Part shown: positions 24,435 through 33,632 of the stretch, piece by piece
Numbering within the stretch: the stretch's first letter is position 1
How the letters are laid out: every line of letters starts with the position of its first letter
Origin: Nemertoderma westbladi
Taxonomy: Eukaryota; Animalia; Xenacoelomorpha
Length of the DNA stretch: 41,500 bases
Assembly (NCBI GenBank): GCA_032718475.1
Contig: JAUCBJ010001620.1
Span: 1 to 41,500, forward strand
Direction of reading: 5' to 3'
Position numbers and translations under genes: made by a program
Notes under the pieces: model-generated
Seen by the model: only the letters and a program-made list of their open reading frames with translations
Told to the model about the DNA's origin: nothing
Databases searched by the model: none

Positions 24435-24982
24435 CTAAGGACCACTCTGATACAAAGAGGCCAATGGGCCACAAGACCACACAGTTAGCGCAGATATATG
24501 CTGTAACTGTAAAAAGCAATCTTAGGGCCAGTCAGATACGAAAGCAGTCAATGGGCCACAGGGCCTAGAGGCAACATGTTGCCAAGATGCCACTAATGTT
24601 GCCATAGGGCCACATTTATATGCTGAGAGGTTGCCAATGGGCCACTGCCAATTCTGGGGGGGTGGCACAGTGGCAACATTTATATCAATTATATATATAA
24701 ATATATATATACATAATGAAAATAAAGTAATAGGAAGGCATTTTAAACAACCATATGTTCACTGTTCAGCATGATCCGGTCTCTTAGATACAATTTTGAG
24801 TTGAACGAATTATGTTTTTGACAGACCAATATCAAGCAAGTAAATTTATTTGGAAACAGAGAAACAACATGTTCCTATCTGTTCAACCGTAAGTAGTCAT
24901 CGTTTTATTTAAGCAGGGACGCAAAGCGCAACCCTGTTTAAATACTGTAAGTAAAATTATCACATTGGATACATTTTTGCAT

Positions 24983-25036
24983 ATGTGTTTCGCCGGGATT
25001 TGGCTCATCAGCCACACTAACCCGTGCAGGACACAT
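24983..25036 (-). ncRNA. Type III hammerhead ribozyme, canonical core
   Basis: The minus strand reads AUGUGU-C-CUGCAC-GGGUUA-GUGUGG-CUGAUGA-GCC-AAAUCCC-GGC-GAA-ACACAU: stem III 6 bp, GUC cleavage triplet, stem I 6 bp, stem II 3 bp, all core nucleotides intact. Confidence 0.88.
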
Positions 25037-25326
25037 GTTAATCAAACTAACTACACCAAAAAACAGCTAAACACACACACATACATATAAACAAAATAGT
25101 ATTGCATTCCATTATTTTAAGAGACCGGATCATGCTGAACATGGTTGTATAAAATGCCTTCCTATTATTTTATTTTTATTATAAATAGCAACCATGCACT
25201 AGACAAATTATTTCATATAGTGTTGCTAAGGAAATGATTGCTTATTTGATCTGGAATGCAATACTATTTTGTTTATATGTATGTGTGTGTGTTTAGCTGG
25301 TTTTTGGTGTAGTTAGTTTGATTAAC

Positions 25327-25380
25327 ATGTATCATGCACGGGTTAGTGTAGCTGATGACCCAAATCCCGGCGAAACACAT
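25327..25380 (+). ncRNA. Type III hammerhead ribozyme, degenerate copy
   Basis: AUGUAU-C-AUGCAC-GGGUUA-GUGUAG-CUGAUGA-CCC-AAAUCCC-GGC-GAA-ACACAU: the core is kept, but stems I, II and III each have a mismatch next to the core. Confidence 0.7.
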
Positions 25381-26086
25381 ATGCAAAAATGTAACCAATG
25401 TGATAATTTTACTTACAGTATTTAAACAGGGTTGCGCTTTGCGTCCCTGCTTAAATAAAACGATGACTACTTACGGTTGAACATATAGGAACATGTTGTT
25501 TCTCTGTTTCCAAATAAATTTACTTGCTTGATATTGGTCTGTCAAAAACATAATTCGTTCAACTCAAAATTATAAATATATATAAATATAAATATAGGGC
25601 CTACCTTGGATTCCCTTTTTTTCTCAATAATAGCAAATATTGGAAAGGTCATTCAAGGCCGTTTGGCGACAAAGACCTCAATTTTACAAAAAATGTAATA
25701 ACTCCGCATTTCATTTGGTTTTTTCGAAATCCACGATGCCATATCATGGGATGGAGGACTGGGTCAGGACGGAGGTATTTTTATTAGAAATTTTTGGCAT
25801 TTTCCGAACTAAACCATTGCTAAGATAATATTTACCCACTTGAGAACAGGCAGACAGAGGGACGAATATAATGATACACGGTTGATGTTTGATTTTGCAC
25901 CGAAATAAATGCTGAAGGTCAGTCAACCAATTCTAGTCTCATCCCATACATACATTACAGTTCCATTTTTACTATTTGGTAGACTACATACAAGACAAGA
26001 CAACTATTATAATTATTATTAACTTAAACTTCATAATTACTTTAAATAAAATACCCATCACCAAAATAGTCAATGAAAGGAAAGAG

Positions 26087-26734
26087 TTAGCAAAGTCCCA
26101 ACCCAATCAGAGACACAATCATCACACCAACCATTCGACCATATATGGTAGATCCCGCACTGACTGAGGTTGTTGTATCTTCAGACGATGTTTCGGACGT
26201 TTTGGTTGTGGTAACTTCGGATTCGTCGTGATGAAAATCTGAGTGATTCCAATCAATAGAACCGTCGCTATTTTTGTATTCATTTTCCCACTGAACGCCT
26301 GCCTGAACTATGGCTTCACAGGCATCACTTCCCTGGCAACAGAACTTCTGGCAACGTGCCATAGTAATGTCCATAACTGTGATTTCTTCCTGTGTCTCCG
26401 CTGTGTAACTCTCTTGGTCTCCCGTACACTCTTTCTCATTCAAATCTTTGAGACATTCTGACTCGCACATGTAGTATCGTGTGTTTCCCAATACTCGTTT
26501 CATTGGGTTTTGCAGTGGCCCACCCAATACCTGATAGAAGGTGACTGAACAGGTAGCGCAATCTTCACGAATTTCGCCATCGGTTGTCAACGGCTGATTT
26601 TTGAAGTTAATATTTTGGTCTGGGTCGTTTGCGATGCTCGAACCAAAGGAAAGGTCGTCTTTGCATGTTGCAGTACCGGCACCAGCAGTAAGAACTGGTA
26701 GGGCGAATACTGCCCATAGAAGTACTGCTTCCAT
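26087..26734 (-). CDS. Cys-rich Ly6/uPAR(three-finger)-like cell-surface protein with predicted GPI anchor, paralogue B (215 aa, single exon)
   Basis: ATG at 26734; same length, signal peptide, 10 Cys, stalk and hydrophobic tail as paralogue A; 23 amino-acid differences and no indels or stops. Confidence 0.82.
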   Translation of the reverse strand: MEAVLLWAVFALPVLTAGAGTATCKDDLSFGSSIANDPDQNINFKNQPLTTDGEIREDCATCSVTFYQVLGGPLQNPMKRVLGNTRYYMCESECLKDLNEKECTGDQESYTAETQEEITVMDITMARCQKFCCQGSDACEAIVQAGVQWENEYKNSDGSIDWNHSDFHHDESEVTTTKTSETSSEDTTTSVSAGSTIYGRMVGVMIVSLIGLGLC

Positions 26735-27368
26735 TGAATATAATGCAAACCAATATAATGCTGTTATCGACAATGTCTATGGTGAAAGTCTATGGTGAAA
26801 GTCTATGGTGATATAACCATTTAGGAAACGTTAAGTCCAAATACAAGGGTGAACAGGAATGACATTAAATCGAATCGAATGCAATTTTTCGCTTTTGATT
26901 CCCCATATTTTTCGATTCAAATTCGATTCGGATAAAATTCAACTTTAATTCTTAATCAGCCAAATTATAGTCTATTACTAATTTAATATTATTATAACTA
27001 AAATTTCAAATAAGGATATTCTTATTATAATTCTTGTTTCGATAATTCAAAATTTAAGATAATTGAAAGTGAATAATTGTTTTGTTTTGAAGTGTTTTTT
27101 TATAATTGTTTTTTGACAAAACCTGTTGTACACCGACAATCAGGATACAGCAATTATAATGATATCATAGCCCACATTCCATTCCGGTCATTGACCCCAA
27201 ATGTTAGCCCACGCATTACTGGGCTTTTTTTTTATTTTGTTTGCTAACTTTTAATAATTGATAGGCCTACATTACATGCATAATCTCATAATATTTCGTA
27301 CAATAGATACATTTTATTGCGGTAGCAGACCAAAGAAACATTAAATATTTACCTGCACTCCAGCTGCA

Positions 27369-27435
27369 TGACACCCTACGTTATTATAATTCGTTGTTTA
27401 GACTAAACAACGAATTATAATAACGTAGGGTGTCA
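27369..27435. repeat. Perfect palindrome, 33-bp arms with a 1-nt spacer
   Basis: TGACACCCTACGTTATTATAATTCGTTGTTTAG-A-CTAAACAACGAATTATAATAACGTAGGGTGTCA. Confidence 0.95.
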
Positions 27436-27449
27436 AATAGGGTGTCAAA

Positions 27450-27690
27450 AGTAGGGTGTCTAGGTTCAGTCAAATATTAAAATTGACATCGGAAATAGAA
27501 TCAGACACTAGGAAAACCCCCATATCATAAATTATAGTAAAGTGATGTGCTTTTGTCTGTGAGATTGACAGTCAGACAGACAGACAGACAGAATGACAGA
27601 CAGACAGGCAGTTCAGATATCATCAAACATTAAAACATATATCAGATATAAATTCAGCGTCTACGAAAACCCCTAAATCGTAAATTTTGG
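27450..27690. mobile_element. Possible Helitron/Helentron-derived non-autonomous fragment with (GACA)n
   Basis: A (GACA)n tract flanked by AAATTCAGCGTCTACGAAAACCCC-like motifs resembling invertebrate Helitron-derived repeats; termini not defined. Confidence 0.35.
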
Positions 27691-28777
27691 TTCGTAAATT
27701 TTGGTTGGTAAATTTTCGCTGGAGTAGTTTATTATATTTTGGCTTATTTTTGAAATTTCCCGCGTTTTACATAAAATTAGCGGGAAGGTTTGAAAACTTA
27801 AAATGCGTTTATCTCAGCATCTTATTTTTCGTGAAATTTCGAAATAAATGTACCTTTTTCTCGAGAACGGCTTGATGGAATAGGCTGAAATTTTCGCAGC
27901 AGGTTTTTAGTAGTGAGACACAATTGTGGAACCTCCATAAACATAATATGTTTAAAACAATTATCAAATGTATTTCTAATATAAACTTCGAAAATGTGTC
28001 ATTTTTGGTGCAATTAAGTGACCCTCAAACAGACACAAAAAAATTCAATTTTTTTTAGGTTCCAGGTGTGTCTCAATAGTTACTCCGACCTTCTGGAAAT
28101 TTTCATGAAATTCCATCTTGTATTTAGTTGTTCTAGAAAGTTTTAAGTACATAACTACAAATAATTCCCCACAAATAAATAAAATGAAATTCTCCATTGT
28201 TCATAATTAGCACTTTAATGTTTTACTGCCCATATTTTATTATTTCCCTGCTATCAGGTCTTGAACTAATAACACAAGCAGCTGTCGGTCGATTGAGCTA
28301 CAATTTTGCAATTTGTGTTGTTCTGTTTTCTAGAAATTTTAGTGAGAAAAAATGTGGACTTTTCAGATAAAAATAATTTATTTCACAGACTCGCTGAGAA
28401 AAATTGGCCCGTATTTTCGTCTGGCCCTAAGGCACGTGCCTTATATGCCTAAAGGTTAATCCGGCACTGTGTTTAGTGTTTAAAATAAATATCTATATTT
28501 ATTACCCTGATATTTTGTTATTTTTCCGGTTATTTTAACCCTCGGAACAGGAAAGCCTCGGCTTCCCATACTTTTAGCATACAATAGCTACCGGGATCAC
28601 TCAAACTAAAGCAATTCAGAAGTCGATTGTTTCTACGTGGTAGATATACTTTGCAGCGTTCCGACCTGCAGTAACGACGCAAAGTTATTTTTTTAGCGTT
28701 ACGAGGACAACAATAGCGCTGAAAAGTTGACATAATGTAAAAAAAATCACAAAAATAACGTCGCTAGAAAGGGAACA

Positions 28778-29035
28778 TGTGATATCGCACATTTGATATG
28801 TGATATCGCACATGTGATATCGCACATGTGATATCGCACAATTGATATGTGATATCGCACATGTGATATCGCACAATTGATATATGTGATATCTCACATT
28901 TGATATGTGATATCCCACATTTGATATGTGATATCTCACATTTGATATGTGATATCGCACATTTGATATGTGATATCGCACATTTGATATGTGATATCGC
29001 ACATTTGATATGTGATATTGCACATTTGATATGTG
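28778..29035. repeat. 14/21-bp tandem array of a near-palindromic unit (ATGTGATATCGCACAT-TTGAT)
   Basis: Directly visible; source of the spurious ORF 28685-29080. Confidence 0.93.
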
Positions 29036-29648
29036 CGATTCATTTAATTTAGCAATTTTGCAACTGTAGTTATTCATCAACCTTATTGTGATTTATACTT
29101 ATTTTAGGTCAAAATTTATCGTACTTCATGAATTCAGTGCTAAAAATTGTATCAACACAGGTGGTTTATCAAAAATAGTCGAATTACAAATTATGCACCT
29201 GCTCTGCACAAAATGTGAATAAAAGTGTACAAAAGTTTCGTTTCCTGTAGGCACTTCCTATGACCAATAAATTAACATTTCTGAGCATGTACCAAATCAA
29301 AAACAAACCCATTTTCGAATTTTTTTGGTTTCATTTAATTTCACCAGTGTTTCATTCCTCTGTAATGAAATCGATAAAGTTAATCTTGTGATGTCCCATA
29401 CTTTACCTAAAATAGTGAAATTTTTAGTTTATTCACAGAGATGTAACTCAGCCTAATCACCCAGTGGAATGCAAAGCACGTTTGTGTTGCGTCATCGTAT
29501 AAAACAATTAGTTTCATCTTCACTCCCTCAAAAATATCATGGCGGCCAATTGAAAATTGTCCCATACTTTACCATTAAAATGGCGATTATATTAGTGCAC
29601 TGTATTAATGTAATATGTGAAGCCATGAGTGATATAATACTCTAAGGT

Positions 29649-31777
29649 TGTAAAAGCTTTTGCGTAATTAACCGGTTATTTTCCCTTAAAGTACTCTGTA
29701 GTTGGTTTACCAGGCATAAAAGGGCCGTGTCCTTGCTGTACTGGTGTTTTAGAGGACATAAAAGTCATTTCTTCTGTATTTGTACTTTAGAGGACATAAT
29801 CCGCAATCTCGTGACGCGATAAGCTAGATACTCTTGAAAACAGTGTCGCTACCATGACGACGGCTGACAGCTGATATTGCCACGTCGACATTTCTTTGTT
29901 TCTTTGTTCTCTCGTTGTTCGGTTGACCAATCTGAGCGTTTTTTGTCTCTGTGTTGGAGGTGGATACAGAAACTCAGTAGTTCAGTGTTGTGTTTTTGCC
30001 CAGAGCCTAAGAACACCGGCTTTTGGCACCTCCGTATATCAGCATTCTTTAGCTTTACATTAGTAGGCTTAATTATAGAAAGTATATCTGTTATCTAACC
30101 ATACCAATGCAATTCGAGTTAACATACCATATCTATCCATAAATTACTAATATTACTGCTTTTACTGTCGGTTATTCATTATATTTGTTGATGAAATATT
30201 ATATCGGAATACTGATCAATAGTCAGACACCCCACCTTCTTGATATACTAAAGGTTAGAGAGACCGGTTACAGATAAACGATTGCGACCTATGTTAAGTG
30301 GTTTGAAGTGAATCTAATGCTATTTCATAGGCCCGACATAAATTGTATGTTGCTCTCTTTATACGTGACTAAATTTAGTGAAGGTTGGCAGATTAGTGTG
30401 CAGTATTGTGCAGCATTGTGTATGATTGTAACTGATAACAAAGCATCTCCTAAAGAATGCGCCATATACTTAAATCTATAGCTTTTTCGTTGTGTCTAGT
30501 TTAAGTCATAACTCTGTTTACATATTTAGAGCGCCACGTCCTAAAGGAACTGTTAATATTTCCCGAAAGTGAATAATATTTGTCAGAGATTATATATTAC
30601 GATCAGTCGAATAATGCGGTAGGCTTACACCATCAATCATTAAGCTTCCGAATTCAGTCTCCCGGGTATATCCAGCGGGTGAATGATTGCGCATAGACTG
30701 GCTTCGGCTAATGTAGTGTATCAAATACTCGTCATAAGCTAAAGAATATATATCATCTAAAAGACATCCTAATTTGGCAGGTTAAACTGTCAAAGGTCTT
30801 AAAAGCGCAAACAATAACAGATATTGCTTCTGGATTGCGGTGTAAGCAATCTAGTCGAAAGTACCGGTCGACCGGTAACCAGTAGGCCTGACTGCCTGAT
30901 CATCCGGACCGGTACCTACAGTAGTACAGGTACAGCAGTATTATTTGATTGTGGTATTGTATACCGGTAGGCTGTTTAAGAGATTAGGGACTGTACACCC
31001 CTTGTTTCTTTTGGAGCTTACTTATTTCTGTCAGTTTTATTTATTTGTAAGCCAGTATTGAGCAGAAGGCGTGTAAGCCTGCTCAGATTGTACAGATAAT
31101 TTGTAGGCTTGACTGTTGTCTAACTGTTGTTAAGTCTGAACGGATTGCAGTGTGTGTAGAGCATCTGTCCGATGAAGTGCTAGTTAGGAAAGTAGGGGCT
31201 TCAAGTGCTGTGAGGTAAACCCCCTGTGAAAGAATAAGTCGTACTACTGGGTTAGAACGCATACTAACTAATCATTTCGGAGTCTGCATATACTGTAGTG
31301 TATTTGGGCTTGATAGTAGTCTGCCATCGTTTAGTCTGTACTTTGTTTGTGTAGTCTGTACGGGTAGCGTATAATTTTATTTAGATAATTTGTAGGCTGG
31401 ATAGTTGTCTGGCTGTTGTTGGGTTTGAGGAAATTTTGGTGTGTGTAGAGCATCTGTCCGATAAAGTGCTAAGTTAGGAAAGTAGGGGCTTCAAGTGCTG
31501 TGAGGTAAACCCCCTGTGAAAGAATAAGTCGTACTACTGGGTTAGAACGCATACTAACTAATCATTTCGGAGTCTGCATATACCGTAGTTTGTTTAGGCT
31601 TGATAGTAGTCTGTCAGTATTTGGTCTGCATTTTGTTTGAGTAGTTTGTACGCGTAGCGTAATATTTATTATTCAGAGTTTATGCTATTATTCGCAACAT
31701 TCATTCCCCAAGTTTATTCCTACAGTAATTGTGTTTGTTATACATACCGTTATAGTTAAACTAACCCCAGTACTACA
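29649..31777 (+). repeat. Long terminal repeat (2129 bp)
   Basis: TGTAAAAGC...TACTACA; homologous over its length to 16721-19005; internal ~290-bp tandem units at about 31084-31670. Confidence 0.85.
29925..29987 (+). promoter_or_regulatory. Putative LTR promoter (CCAAT box + TCAGT initiator-like motif)
   Basis: CCAATC(T/A)GAGCG and a downstream TTCAGT are conserved at equivalent positions in both LTR copies (about 16964 and 17022 in the solo LTR). Function is inferred only. Confidence 0.4.
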
Positions 31778-31941
31778 CGACAAATTTTGTAACTGAAAAT
31801 AATCCAGTTAGTTGACCAATAACCTTTGTATTTGATTTATAAAATTTTAACAGAATGCGTACTTAAATTAATGATATTTTAAAATTGTTGTTTGATTTTG
31901 TTCAGAAATTGAAAAGATATTAAAGTCATATGGGATTGTCT

Positions 31942-32400
31942 GTCTGCCATCGTTTAGTCTGTACTTTGTTTGTGTAGTCTGTACGGGTAGCGTATAATTT
32001 TATTTAGATAATTTGTAGGCTGGATAGTTGTCTGGCTGTTGTTGGGTTTGAGGAAATTTCGGTGTGTGTAGAGCATCTGTCCAATAAAGTGCTAAGTTAG
32101 GAAAGTAGGGGCTTCAAGTGCTGTGAGGTAAACCCCCTGTGAAAGAATAAGTCGTACTACTGGGTTAGAACGCATACTAACTAATCATTTCGGAGTCTGC
32201 ATATACCGTAGTTTGTTTAGGCTTGATAGTAGTCTGTCAGTATTTGGTCTGCATTTTGTTTGAGTAGTTTGTACGCGTAGCGTAATATTTATTATTCAGA
32301 GTTTATGCTATTATTCGCAACATTCATTCCCCAAGTTTATTCCTACAGTAATTGTGTTTGTTATACATACCGTTATAGTTAAACTAACCCCGGTACTACA
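31942..32400 (+). repeat. Second, 5'-truncated copy of the LTR 3' end (459 bp) abutting the internal region
   Basis: Matches 31319-31777 at offset 623 with three substitutions seen; ends TACTACA. Confidence 0.92.
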
Positions 32401-33632
32401 TCAGGGCTGCTCGGCGTAGGTAAAGACTGGAGATTTTGTGCTTTGGTCACTCCGGCAGATACCGTGGTTCTTTTGGCTGTTCAAGTATTTTTAACTACTG
32501 ATTATTTGTTATACAAGTACTTGTACCTAATTTAGGGTTTAGTGTACAGTGCTTTCCGAAAGCAATTAGTGTGTAGGCAGTGTATTTGTGTTGTAAAGTG
32601 GTTAATAGGCACGTTGGTTCCGGTAGACCGCGGTAATTAACTTCTAGGTAGGGACACTCCGTGATACATAACGTAGTACCTATAGCGATACGGTTATAAG
32701 TCGTCAGGCGGTGGTATTTTCCTATCTGGACAACGCAGTATATTTACTACTACTTATTATTTTCAAATACCGTAGTAATCTGTCCGTTGTAATAACCAGA
32801 TATTCTAACCCTTTGTTAGGCTGGTTAGTAGACTTCTTGTAAAATTACCCTAAAAATTCGTATTTGTGTATTGGTAATTAAATTTTTGTGTTTATTTAGA
32901 GATTGTAATCTCAACCCGAATTGTACGTAATTTGTAGTATTAAGTAACTTAGGTAAATTAGAATTATTTGTTTTAGTGTCTAACAAGTAGCACTCCACTG
33001 AGAGCGCACAGCTTATGTGTAGTGACTCCCCCAGAAATAATAACATTTATTTCAAACATTGACAAAACCCATTAAACGGGTATATATATATTATAAATCA
33101 ACTCAAACGATTTATAAATAGTAGGCCTGCCATATAACAATTAGGTCTCAATATCAGTTGGACTACTGCTCAAATAACGGTAATAAAGTAAGTTAAAGTA
33201 ACCAAGTAACCCTTAAAATTCAGAAATTCAATTATTCTAAAATAATTGACATACCGGTATTTACAATAGGCTTATTATATTTATTTCATAAACTTAGGCT
33301 GAAATCATACCGGTATTCTGTAATTAATTCTAGTTAATAATTATACTTATATATACTATAAGTGTAAACTGCATACCGCTATCCACGATAGGCCTATTAT
33401 ATATTTATATATATTTGTGCTAAAATTATATACCGGTATTCTGTAAAAAACCTAGTCTGTAATAATACTTATATATACCATAAGCATACCGGTATTCTAA
33501 CATTATATATATATATCACGCTACACTGAGTAGCAGTATCGGTGATTAATTACTAGGCTAGCAGTTAATGCTGAATTACTAGACTTGCTTAGACTGTAAT
33601 ATAGCAGTAGGCATTCAACTGTGCAAACAAAC

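Larger units (their letters stand above)
24713..25572. mobile_element. Retrozyme-like or Penelope-pLTR-like non-coding element; two permuted copies head-to-head
   Basis: 24792-25110 is the reverse complement of 25253-25571, and 24713-24786 is the reverse complement of 25117-25183. Each copy carries a hammerhead motif. Both flanks are TA-rich. Confidence 0.7.

Noticed and set aside
25424-25480. Hairpin followed by TTAAATA, reminiscent of a pistol ribozyme
   Set aside because: No pseudoknot partner or remaining pistol consensus could be found; treated as an ordinary hairpin of the monomer.
27700-28470. Tc1/mariner-like and hAT-like non-autonomous fragments
   Set aside because: The sequence style is suggestive, but no paired TIRs or TSD could be identified, so they are not annotated as features.
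30230-30482. Hidden protein-coding frame inside the LTR, suggested by apparently periodic substitutions
   Set aside because: The frames examined contain stops on both strands and the two LTR copies differ by frame-breaking indels; RNA structure explains the conservation better.
31170-31216. SECIS-like ATGA...AA...GA that might recode the in-frame UGAs as selenocysteine
   Set aside because: ATGA is present in only one repeat unit (the others read ATAA) and no SECIS helix geometry is evident.
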